DNA of 64,000 nucleotides, from assembly GCA_016203455.1 (NCBI GenBank), contig JACQMR010000014.1, positions 6,138-70,137 on the forward strand. Reading direction: 5' to 3'. Numbering within the stretch: position 1 is the first letter of the stretch; every line of letters starts with the position of its first letter. Both the position numbers and the translations under genes were made by a program. Below are positions 38,065 through 46,443 of this stretch, one piece after another. A model generated the notes under the pieces. That model was not told where the DNA came from. It searched no databases and saw only the letters and a program-made list of their open reading frames with translations. The DNA comes from Candidatus Wildermuthbacteria bacterium (GTDB lineage Bacteria; Patescibacteriota; Minisyncoccia; Minisyncoccales; UBA10102).

Positions 38065-39630
38065 ATGAACACCCTACCCGCGTCTTATCTCCATATCGGC
38101 AAGGCCGCCGATCTCGCGGACCCGGGCGACCGGAGATTGTTTCGGTTTTTTGAAATATTGCCGGGCCTGTTGTCTTGGGGCACCCTATTGGGTTCCGTGA
38201 TATTTTCGTGGCTGTTCCCTTCGTGGACGGCGTTTTTTATGATGGCCTTTGTGGTGTATTGGGTATTGAGAATGTTGTATTTTCTTTTCTATCTTGCCGC
38301 GGGGTATAGAAAAATGCGCCGGCATGAAAAGAAAGATTGGTTGCGGGAGCTTTCCCGTTTGAACGCGTCCGTGAGTCCTTTGGGCATTACATCCTGGAAG
38401 GATGTGTATCATTTGGTGATTATGCCTTCGTACAAGGAACCCCTTGAGGTTTTGCGGGCGAGTTTTTCCGCGCTTGCCCGGACGCGGTACCCAAAAGACA
38501 GAATTATTGTCGTGTTGGGCATTGAGCAGAGAGAAGGTCAGGAGGCGAGAGACAAGGCCGCCGTTCTTTTGCGCGAGTTTGGCTCTTCTTTTTTTCATTT
38601 TCTTGTAACCGAGCATCCGCAAGATATTTTGGGAGAGATCACGGGCAAGGGCTCAAACGAGTCATTCGCGGCGCGCGCGGCAAAAACAGAAATCATAGAC
38701 GCTCTGAAAATCCCGTATAACCGGGTTATTGTTTCATCTTTGGACGCGGATACCGTGGTATTTCCCCAGTATTTTTCATGTCTTTCCTGGCACTATATTG
38801 CCGCCAAACATCCAACGAGAACGAGTTTTCAGCCCATTCCTTTGTATATTAACAATATCTGGCAGGCGCCCCCAATCTCCCGCGTGTTCGCGTTTTCTTC
38901 CACATTCTGGCATACCATGAATCAGCAAAGGCCCGAGAAACTTATTACCTTTTCCTCGCACGCGATGTCGTTTTCCGCGCTGGTGGATGTCGGTTTTAAG
39001 GCGGTCAATGTGGTGAGCGACGATTCCCGTATTTTTTGGCAGTGTTTTTTTAAATATCACGGAGATTATCGCGTGGAATCTTTGCATTACCCCGTTTCCA
39101 TGGACGCGAATGTCGCGCCGCGATTATTTGGAACCATGAAAAACATTTACCGCCAGCATAGGCGATGGGCATACGGATGCGGGGAGATCGCGTACGCGTT
39201 TTTTGGATTTGTAAAAGACAAAAGCATATCGCGCTCGCGCAAGTTCTCTTTGGGTTTTGAGCTTCTGGAGTCGCACTGGTCGTGGGCAACATCTTCCATA
39301 TTGCTGTTTATGTTGGGGCATTTGCCCTCTATTCTGGGAGGCGAGGAATTCTCCAGAACGCTTTTGTCATACAATCTTCCACGCTTTACCAGCGATATTC
39401 TTACGATTTCCATGATTGGCGTTGTTATGGTGGCGGCATTGAGCATATCTTTGCTTCCGCCGAGAAAACCTTCGTTCGGGAAATTAAGGGTTATATGGTT
39501 CGGGGCGCAGTGGTTCATACTCCCTTTCGTGATGATCTTTTTTATGGCCCTTCCCGCTTTGGAGGCGCAGACCCGCTGGATGCTGGGCAGGTATCTCGGT
39601 TTTTGGGTTACGCCAAAAACGAGGAGGTAA
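38065..39630 (+). CDS. Membrane-bound glycosyltransferase family 2
   Basis: SSLDAD, SDD and QHRRW processive GT2 motifs; TM segments at both ends. Confidence 0.85.
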   Translation: MNTLPASYLHIGKAADLADPGDRRLFRFFEILPGLLSWGTLLGSVIFSWLFPSWTAFFMMAFVVYWVLRMLYFLFYLAAGYRKMRRHEKKDWLRELSRLNASVSPLGITSWKDVYHLVIMPSYKEPLEVLRASFSALARTRYPKDRIIVVLGIEQREGQEARDKAAVLLREFGSSFFHFLVTEHPQDILGEITGKGSNESFAARAAKTEIIDALKIPYNRVIVSSLDADTVVFPQYFSCLSWHYIAAKHPTRTSFQPIPLYINNIWQAPPISRVFAFSSTFWHTMNQQRPEKLITFSSHAMSFSALVDVGFKAVNVVSDDSRIFWQCFFKYHGDYRVESLHYPVSMDANVAPRLFGTMKNIYRQHRRWAYGCGEIAYAFFGFVKDKSISRSRKFSLGFELLESHWSWATSSILLFMLGHLPSILGGEEFSRTLLSYNLPRFTSDILTISMIGVVMVAALSISLLPPRKPSFGKLRVIWFGAQWFILPFVMIFFMALPALEAQTRWMLGRYLGFWVTPKTRR

Positions 39631-39764
39631 CCCAGAAACCGAATTTCTAATTTTTCAATTTTTAATTTCCAATGAATGAGTTAATGTCTTAATTTTTTAA
39701 ACATTAGGTCATTGGAATTTGTTTGTAATTTGGTGCTTGGAATTTTTCTGCTTTCGGCAGTCAT

Positions 39765-41945
39765 TTATTCCATGTGGAGCCGTTCTCTGTAATGTTGCGT
39801 GATTTCTTTGAGCAAGGGATGGCGCGCCAAAGAAATATCGCTGTCCAGAACTGATTTTGCCGCTTCCCTTGCTTTTGCCACAAGCTTAAGATTGGTGAGA
39901 TTTGCCATGGCAAAATCGGGAATCCCCCACTGTTTGGTTCCGGCAAAGTCCCCCGGCCCCCTTAATTGCAGGTCTTTTTCCGCAAGGAGAAATCCGCTGT
40001 TTGACTCAACAAGGGCGCGCAGGCGCGCTTGGGTTTGGGCGGATCTGGACTCTGTAAACAAAAAGCAGTATGACTGATGGTCTGATCTCCCCACCCTTCC
40101 CCTAAACTGGTGGAGTTGAGCCAGCCCAAAACGGTCAGCGCCCTCTATCATCATGACGCTCGCGTTGGGGATATCCACGCCCACTTCAACCACCGAGGTT
40201 GAAACCAGTATGTCTGTTTTTCCGCGCTTGAATTTTTTCATAACTTCTTCTTTCTCTCTCGCGGGCATTTTTCCGTGAAGCATGGCGACGCGCAGTTCCG
40301 GAAACACTTCTTTCGCGAGTTTCTCGTATTCTTCTTTCACTGTTTTTATTTCTGTTACTGGTTGCGTGTTATTTGTGGAGGGTTCTATCCTTGGGCAGAT
40401 TACAAAAACCTGTCGTCCTTTTTCAACTTCTTTTTTCATGAATACATAAGCGGCGCCGCGGTCTTTGGGAGCTATGACTTTGGTTTCTATGGGTTTTCTT
40501 CCTATTGGGAGTTCGTCTATAACCGTGGGGTCTAAATCCCCGTACAGCGTCATGGCGAGAGTTCTGGGTATGGGGGTCGCGGTCATGGAAAGAAAATGAG
40601 GAGTTAAGATAGTTTGCTTGCCCCGAGCTTTGTCGAGGGGTAGTTTGCTTGCCCCGAGCTTTGTCGAGGGGTAGTTTGCTTGCCCCGAGCTTTGTCGAGG
40701 GGTAGTTTGCAGGTGGGCTCTTTGCCTAACTCCAAAGCGGTGCTGTTCATCTACCACCACAAGGGCAAGGTTGGAAAATCGCACTTTGTCTTGTATGAGG
40801 GCGTGCGTGCCAATGAGGATGTCTATGGCCCCTTCTTTTGCTTTTTGGAGGAGTTTGGCGCGCGAGATTTCAATGGAATCGTTTGGGAGTTTGGGAGATA
40901 TGAACAGGTCGGAAGATCCGGTGAGCAGGCCAATGGTCGCCTTGAAAGGAGCAAGAGAGGAGCCAATGGTTTTGAAATGCTGGCGCGCCAAAATTTCAGT
41001 GGGCGCGAGGAACGCGGCCTGAAAGCCGGCTTTCACGCACGCGAGAGCGGCCATGGCCGCCACGACGGTTTTGCCTGATCCCACATCGCCCTGCAATATC
41101 CGGTTCATGGGCCTGGGTTTTTCCATGTCTTTAAGAATGAGCCACGCGGCTTTTTTTTGGCCGTCCGTAAGGGTAAACGGGAGTTTCGCGATAAATCGCT
41201 TCATCATGTCTACGGACAATGGGATGGACGGCGCTTTGATCTCCGCGAGTTTTTTTCGTTCCGTGAGTATGAATAATGAAATATAAAAAAGTTCTTCAAA
41301 TGAAAAGCGTTCTCTCGCGAGATCCGCCTGTTTTTGAGAGTCGGGAAAATGGACTTGCCGCAGAGCGGCGGCAAACGGCAAGAGATTGCATTCTTTTTGA
41401 ACGGATTGAGGCAGAGCGTCCTCCAGAGCATTTCCAATCGCGTTAAGAATTGAGTGGATGATAAATCGGAGCCATTTTGAAGACACTCCCTTTGTCTCCG
41501 CGTACACGGGAGCGATACGCCCTATATGAATGGGGCTGGGGCCTTCTTTTTCATGCGCGGGGTTAGACACAAAAATTCCGGTTTTGTCCCGGAGCACTTT
41601 GCCGCAAAGCAATATTTTTTCGCCGGCCCCGAATGTTTGCGCCAGATACGGCTGATTGAGCCATACGACGCGCGCGCTTCCGGTCGCGTCAGAAAATATC
41701 CCTTCAACCACGGACACCTGCTTTATGAATGTTCTTTTTTCTTGAACATTTGCGATCGTGCCGGAAAGGCAGAATTCCTTGCCCTCCGTAATCTTTGAAA
41801 CGGGGGTAATGACGGACAGGTCCCGGTATGTTTTGGGAAAATGAAACAAGAGATCTCGCGCCGTTAAAATTCCCATGCCTTTCAGCCGTTTTTGATACAC
41901 CGGCCCCACGCGGGGTACTTCAGATAGAGGAGATGAAAGGTTCAT
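39765..41945 (-). CDS. recG: ATP-dependent DNA helicase RecG
   Basis: QGDVGSGKT, DEQHRFG, MTATPIPRT, QFRGRVGR and DLQLRGPG motifs. Confidence 0.96.
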   Translation of the reverse strand: MNLSSPLSEVPRVGPVYQKRLKGMGILTARDLLFHFPKTYRDLSVITPVSKITEGKEFCLSGTIANVQEKRTFIKQVSVVEGIFSDATGSARVVWLNQPYLAQTFGAGEKILLCGKVLRDKTGIFVSNPAHEKEGPSPIHIGRIAPVYAETKGVSSKWLRFIIHSILNAIGNALEDALPQSVQKECNLLPFAAALRQVHFPDSQKQADLARERFSFEELFYISLFILTERKKLAEIKAPSIPLSVDMMKRFIAKLPFTLTDGQKKAAWLILKDMEKPRPMNRILQGDVGSGKTVVAAMAALACVKAGFQAAFLAPTEILARQHFKTIGSSLAPFKATIGLLTGSSDLFISPKLPNDSIEISRAKLLQKAKEGAIDILIGTHALIQDKVRFSNLALVVVDEQHRFGVRQRAHLQTTPRQSSGQANYPSTKLGASKLPLDKARGKQTILTPHFLSMTATPIPRTLAMTLYGDLDPTVIDELPIGRKPIETKVIAPKDRGAAYVFMKKEVEKGRQVFVICPRIEPSTNNTQPVTEIKTVKEEYEKLAKEVFPELRVAMLHGKMPAREKEEVMKKFKRGKTDILVSTSVVEVGVDIPNASVMMIEGADRFGLAQLHQFRGRVGRSDHQSYCFLFTESRSAQTQARLRALVESNSGFLLAEKDLQLRGPGDFAGTKQWGIPDFAMANLTNLKLVAKAREAAKSVLDSDISLARHPLLKEITQHYRERLHME
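40610..40710. repeat. Perfect 31-nt tandem repeat (3 copies + 8 nt) inside recG
   Basis: TAGTTTGCTTGCCCCGAGCTTTGTCGAGGGG at 40610, 40641 and 40672, then TAGTTTGC. Confidence 0.95.
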
Positions 41946-41950
41946 TGTGT

Positions 41951-42025
41951 TGGTGTCCCCACGAGGAATCGAACCTCGATCTCAAGCTCCGCAAGCTTGC
42001 GTCCTGTCCGTTGGGCTATGGGGAC
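41951..42025 (-). tRNA. tRNA-Arg(GCG), with encoded CCA
   Basis: Reverse complement GTCCCCATAGCCCAACGGACAGGACG-CAAGC-TTGCGGA-GCTTG...ACCA. Confidence 0.9.
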
Positions 42026-42103
42026 ATGAGTCGGTTATATCATATATCCGCAGGGAGTTCCACATTTGAAAATATACGAGAAATGAGATATACATATGTT
42101 CAA

Positions 42104-42121
42104 GGAGAGGTGGCTGAGAGG
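42104..42121 (+). pseudogene. Duplicated 5' fragment of tRNA-Ser(GCT)
   Basis: GGAGAGGTGGCTGAGAGG is identical to 42227-42244. Confidence 0.7.
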
Positions 42122-42226
42122 GTTGAACGGAAGCGAGCGCCCCGTTCAACGGGAATCAAAAGATTCCCGGGCGGCCTATCAGCACAATTTTTATCCGCTC
42201 TTGTTGCACAAGAGCATTATAGTAAT

Positions 42227-42313
42227 GGAGAGGTGGCTGAGAGGCCGAAAGCGGCACGCTGCTAATGTGTTAGGGGAGAAATCCCCTCGTGGGTTCGAAT
42301 CCCACCCTCTCCG
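42227..42313 (+). tRNA. tRNA-Ser(GCT)
   Basis: GGAGAGG/CCTCTCC acceptor, anticodon GCT, long variable arm. Confidence 0.95.
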
Positions 42314-42314
42314 C

Positions 42315-42555
42315 CTTCGCTCGCCGAAGCGGCGAGCTACGGCGGACGCAGTCCGCCAGTAGATCGTCGCGAAGGCGGGCTTCGGCCTGGCTACGCCAAA
42401 TGGCTATGCCATGGCGAGCGGACGCAGTCCGCTAGAAGCCCCGAACTTTGCGAAGGCGGGCTTCGCCACGCCGAAGCGACGAGCTACGGCCTGGCTACGC
42501 CAAATGGCTATGCCATGGCGAGCGGACGCAGTCCGCCAGTAGATCGTCGCGAAGG
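42315..42555 (+). repeat. tRNA-Ser-associated modular hairpin repeat array (locus B)
   Basis: Units at 42315, 42380 and 42461; ends 17 nt before the GIY-YIG ATG. Confidence 0.9.
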
Positions 42556-42572
42556 AGAGATTCGTAAAAATT

Positions 42573-42809
42573 ATGTACACCGTCTATATTCTGAAATGTG
42601 CCGATGGAAAACCCTACACCGGTTGTACTGAAAATCTTGAAGAAAGATTGGAGCGTCATAATAATGGATATGTACCAGCAACGGAGAATCTACGCCCCAT
42701 AGAACTCGTTACTCATATAGTTTTCAGCGACAAATATAAAGCTTTTGAATTTGAGAAGTATCTAAAATCAGGATCTGGCCGAGCGTTCTTAAGCAGGCAT
42801 TTAATCTGA
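42573..42809 (+). CDS. Small stand-alone GIY-YIG nuclease
   Basis: YTVYIL...YTGCT..LEERLERHN...EKYLKSGSGRAFL. Confidence 0.9.
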   Translation: MYTVYILKCADGKPYTGCTENLEERLERHNNGYVPATENLRPIELVTHIVFSDKYKAFEFEKYLKSGSGRAFLSRHLI

Positions 42810-42850
42810 AAAGTGATAAAATGTAAGAATCTTGAAGGAATCCGAACTAT

Positions 42851-43264
42851 ATGAAAATAGGCATAATTGGAAGCATGCAATATACAGAGAAAATGCTTGA
42901 AGCTCGTGACGAGCTTATTAAGCGTGGGCATGATGCGTTTGTGACGAATCTTGCCTCTCCTTTCGTTGGCAAGACTGACGAAGAGAAAGAGAAAATAAAA
43001 ATAGATCAGAAAAATAACTTAGACGCTATCCGAGAATTTTGGCGTCTCATGCAGGGTGCCGATGCAGTCTTGGTTATGAATTTTGATAAATATGGAGTCA
43101 AAAACTATATTGGCGGAAACACTCTCATGGAAATAGGATTCGCCCATGTTCTAGATCAAAAAGTATTTTTATACAATCCAATCCCTGAAATTCCTTATTA
43201 CAAGTCTGAGATTGAGGCAGTAAAGCCAGTGATAATCAATGGTGATTATTCTTTAGTGAAATAA
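42851..43264 (+). CDS. Hypothetical protein, nucleoside 2-deoxyribosyltransferase-like fold
   Basis: KIGIIGSM...ADAVLVMN...YIGGNTLMEIGFA. Confidence 0.65.
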   Translation: MKIGIIGSMQYTEKMLEARDELIKRGHDAFVTNLASPFVGKTDEEKEKIKIDQKNNLDAIREFWRLMQGADAVLVMNFDKYGVKNYIGGNTLMEIGFAHVLDQKVFLYNPIPEIPYYKSEIEAVKPVIINGDYSLVK

Positions 43265-43364
43265 CTATGGCAAAATCAAAGACAATCAAAAAGCATCTTG
43301 GTATCTCGCCAGAATGTCTGGTAGGGCCGTCCTATTGGTTCAAAGTTCCGGGCATCGCCACTGC

Positions 43365-43408
43365 CTTCGCCACGCTGAAAACTATGCCCTGCTGAAAGCG
43401 GGCTTCGC
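43365..43408 (+). repeat. Terminal module of the tRNA-Ser repeat element
   Basis: CTTCGCCACGCTGAAAACTATGCCCTGCTGAAAGCGGGCTTCGC, near-identical to 6911-6953 and 46701-46744. Confidence 0.88.
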
Positions 43409-43440
43409 TTTTTATCCCCCTTAAATGTTTGGGTTACTTG

Positions 43441-43469
43441 GTAAACTTAGTTAAAATAAGTTTACGCGC
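43441..43469. repeat. 29-bp palindromic repeat, left of the RibD-like gene
   Basis: GTAAACTTAGTTAAAATAAGTTTACGCGC; 27/29 identical to 44279-44307. Confidence 0.8.
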
Positions 43470-43485
43470 GCCTTGAAATAAATTT

Positions 43486-44181
43486 ATGAAAAGACCATAC
43501 ACAACATTGTTTCTGTTGGTTTCGGTAGACGGGAAAATTTCTACCGGAGATACCGATATTATGGATATTGATAAGGATTACAAACTTATTAATGGAGTTA
43601 AAGAGGGCAATAAGCAGTACTACGATCTTGAACAGCAGACCGATTTATATTCTCTCAATTCTGGGAGAGTTTTTGAAAAGATTGGGATGAATGAAAAAAC
43701 GGATGAGCCGCAGAAAACTCCCGTGAGTTTCATTGTTATTGATAATAAGCCCCATTTGAATAAAAAGGGCACGACTTACTTAGCAAAGAAAAGTAAGACA
43801 CTTTATGTCGTTACAACGAATCCTGATCATCCGGCTTTTGAACTTAAAAAAGAATTCCCTAACATTGAAATACTTAAATACGAGGGAAAAATTGATTTAG
43901 CGGATACGCTTAAAAAACTGAAACAGGAGTACGGCGTTGACCGCATTACAATCCAAACTGGTGGCACAATGAACGCCTCGTGGGTTCGCGAGGGGTTGAT
44001 TGATAGGTTGTTGCTTGTGGTTGCTCCCGCTATGGTTGGCGGTAAAGATACCTCTACTTTAATGGATGGCGAATCATTACATTCCGAAGATGAACTTTTC
44101 AAAATAAAATCGCTTGAACTTGTTCAAGCAAAGCCATTGGAAAATTCATATTTGCTTTTAGAGTACAATGTCAAAAACTGA
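43486..44181 (+). CDS. RibD C-terminal/dihydrofolate-reductase-like protein
   Basis: SVDGKI...IQTGGTMN...GLIDRLLLVVAP motifs. Confidence 0.8.
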   Translation: MKRPYTTLFLLVSVDGKISTGDTDIMDIDKDYKLINGVKEGNKQYYDLEQQTDLYSLNSGRVFEKIGMNEKTDEPQKTPVSFIVIDNKPHLNKKGTTYLAKKSKTLYVVTTNPDHPAFELKKEFPNIEILKYEGKIDLADTLKKLKQEYGVDRITIQTGGTMNASWVREGLIDRLLLVVAPAMVGGKDTSTLMDGESLHSEDELFKIKSLELVQAKPLENSYLLLEYNVKN

Positions 44182-44278
44182 AAAATAAGTATGGATGTTC
44201 CAGCGTAACGCCATACCTTGACGCGCAAATTGGTTTTGGTTGTCAAAAACTCAACGAACAATATGCAAAAAATGGAGC

Positions 44279-44307
44279 GTAAACTTAGTAAAACTAAGTT
44301 TACGCGC
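44279..44307. repeat. 29-bp palindromic repeat, right of the RibD-like gene
   Basis: GTAAACTTAGTAAAACTAAGTTTACGCGC. Confidence 0.8.
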
Positions 44308-44576
44308 CACCCAACCCCACCCGCTCGCCTCGCCTGCCCGCAGAAGTTTCAACGCAGGCGGGGCCCAGCCAGTGGAAAAACTAAATCCGATGTAGTTTTG
44401 CGCTTTGAGCTTGCATTGTATTATAAGAGTGTAATTATGTATAATAAGAGCGCAAGCTCTTCTCTCTTAGAAATTGATTTGCCTTAGTTGCGGATAAGGA
44501 GCATATGTTTTTCTTTTAACCTGTATTTCCAAGCAAGAAACCAATATAGTGTAAGAATTCTGGAAAAGGTTGAGCT

Positions 44577-45170
44577 ATGGACGAAAAAACAATACAAACT
44601 TACAATCAAATGGCAAAAGAGTACGATGACGAGACCATCGACTTTTGGCAAAAATTTCCTAGAACATTTTTTGACAAATTCGCGGCGCTTGTAAAAGGCA
44701 AGGTACTGGATGTTGGAAGCGGGCCAGGAAGAGACGGTCTTCTGCTCCAAGAGAGAGGACTTGAAGTGATATGTCTCGATGCCTCCGAAGCGATGGTTAA
44801 TCTTTGTAAAGAAAAAGGACTGCAGTCGGTGGTTGGAGATTTCATCTCCATGCCGTTTGAGGATAATTCGTTTAATGGTGCATGGGCGTACACATCGCTT
44901 CTTCATGTTTCAAAGGCAGACATATCTCGTGCCTTGAATGAAATACGCAGGGTGTTAAAGGATGGGGGGATTTTCGGATTGGGCATGATAGAAGGAGATA
45001 CAGAAGAGTACAGAGAGAGTGCGGGTGTGAATATGCCGCGATGGTTTAGTTTTTATCGGAAAGAAGAATTGGAGAAGTTGCTGGAAAACCACGGTTTTCG
45101 GGTTTTATATTTTGAGGAACTTAAGCCCCGCGCCAAAAACTATCTGCATTTTATTACTCAAAAGCAATAG
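44577..45170 (+). CDS. Class I SAM-dependent methyltransferase
   Basis: VLDVGSGPGRD and WAYTSLLH motifs. Confidence 0.88.
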   Translation: MDEKTIQTYNQMAKEYDDETIDFWQKFPRTFFDKFAALVKGKVLDVGSGPGRDGLLLQERGLEVICLDASEAMVNLCKEKGLQSVVGDFISMPFEDNSFNGAWAYTSLLHVSKADISRALNEIRRVLKDGGIFGLGMIEGDTEEYRESAGVNMPRWFSFYRKEELEKLLENHGFRVLYFEELKPRAKNYLHFITQKQ

Positions 45171-45481
45171 GCAGTAGTTTTCAGCCGCTGGGTAGTGTCG
45201 CTATAATCGGCATGAGCGCGATTATTCCCAATATGAAGCTGAAAACCGCGAATTTTGACAGAGGTCTGTGTGATTGGTTTAGCATATTTTCATTATATCA
45301 TAATATCATATTGTGCTCCCGGCCTTTCTAGAACTTACTTTGCCTAATCTGTTCTGAAAAGTGATAAAATGTAAGAACCCCGAAGGGAACAGAATGCCAT
45401 TTGTGGTGTCCGCCCGTAGTTCTTGACGGGCGCGAAGAAGCGTGAGAGTATATGATTGTAATACAAATAACTACATTCCTT

Positions 45482-45700
45482 ATGCGTTCTATTGTTAATA
45501 TTTCTCTTCCGCGCGAACTCAATAAAATTGTGGAACGGTTAGCAAAGAAAGGGAATTATGCCACGAAAAGCGAATTTTTACGCGAGGTGATCCGCGAGAG
45601 AATCGAGGAAGAAAATGTACTTTCCCAGATTCAAAAAAGCGAGGTTGAATTTAAAACAGGCAAGGGCAAAGTATTGCGTTCATTAAAGGAGCTTCGTTGA
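45482..45700 (+). CDS. Ribbon-helix-helix antitoxin
   Basis: IVNISLP...KSEFLREVIR RHH pattern, upstream of a RelE-like gene. Confidence 0.8.
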   Translation: MRSIVNISLPRELNKIVERLAKKGNYATKSEFLREVIRERIEEENVLSQIQKSEVEFKTGKGKVLRSLKELR

Positions 45701-45713
45701 ATCTGTTCTTTGA

Positions 45714-45977
45714 ATGGAAATTCTTTACTCGCCGGAGTTTAAGCGAAGATACCAGCGACTCTCCCCTCTCGTTAAGAAAAGAGCCGAAGCAAAAGAAAGA
45801 GTTTTTCGCAAAGATCCTTTTCATCCCCAACTCAAAACCCATAAACTGCGCGGGCGTTTGGATAATTTTTGGGCATTTTCTGTTGATTATCAGTTCCGCA
45901 TTGTCTTTGCATTTTTTGGAGAGAAAGAAGTGCGATTTTACGCGATAGGAGATCATTCGCTTTATAAGAAATTTTAG
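45714..45977 (+). CDS. RelE/ParE-superfamily (YafQ-like) toxin
   Basis: FKRRY...LKTHKLRG...SVDYQFRIVF...IGDH. Confidence 0.85.
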   Translation: MEILYSPEFKRRYQRLSPLVKKRAEAKERVFRKDPFHPQLKTHKLRGRLDNFWAFSVDYQFRIVFAFFGEKEVRFYAIGDHSLYKKF

Positions 45978-46056
45978 AGCGGTACGGTAAAAAATGTGTG
46001 AGCTTTTAGCGCGGTGTGTCTTGCGTTTTGGGTAAAATGTCTGTACAAGGGAAGCT

Positions 46057-46434
46057 ATGAGAGCAAACTACACCAAAACCTACCACATTATCTTTGACGC
46101 TTTTGGGGTGGCAAAAGAGCTGTTAAACAGCGAGGAGTTCGCGTTAAAGATTCTTTTGGAAGTTCCAAAACTCATCGGCATGAAAATTCTTTCCGGGCCC
46201 AATTTGGTGCGGGATTACGACCGGGGGCATGAGGGAGTTACCGGATTTGCCATTGTGGATTTTTCCCATGTTTCTTTGCATACTTTTGTGGCAACGCAAG
46301 AAATTTTTCTGGATATATTTTCATGCAAGCCGTTTGACTACGCGGCCGTGAGAGAGTATTTATACGGCGCGTTGCGGGTGAATCCGGATCAGGTGGAAAC
46401 GGTTGAGGTTGCGTATCCGTGGGAAAAAGAATAG
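46057..46434 (+). CDS. S-adenosylmethionine decarboxylase-like pyruvoyl proenzyme
   Basis: GVTGFAIVDFSHVSLHTF...LDIFSCKPFD. Confidence 0.7.
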   Translation: MRANYTKTYHIIFDAFGVAKELLNSEEFALKILLEVPKLIGMKILSGPNLVRDYDRGHEGVTGFAIVDFSHVSLHTFVATQEIFLDIFSCKPFDYAAVREYLYGALRVNPDQVETVEVAYPWEKE

Positions 46435-46443
46435 TTAATGAAG

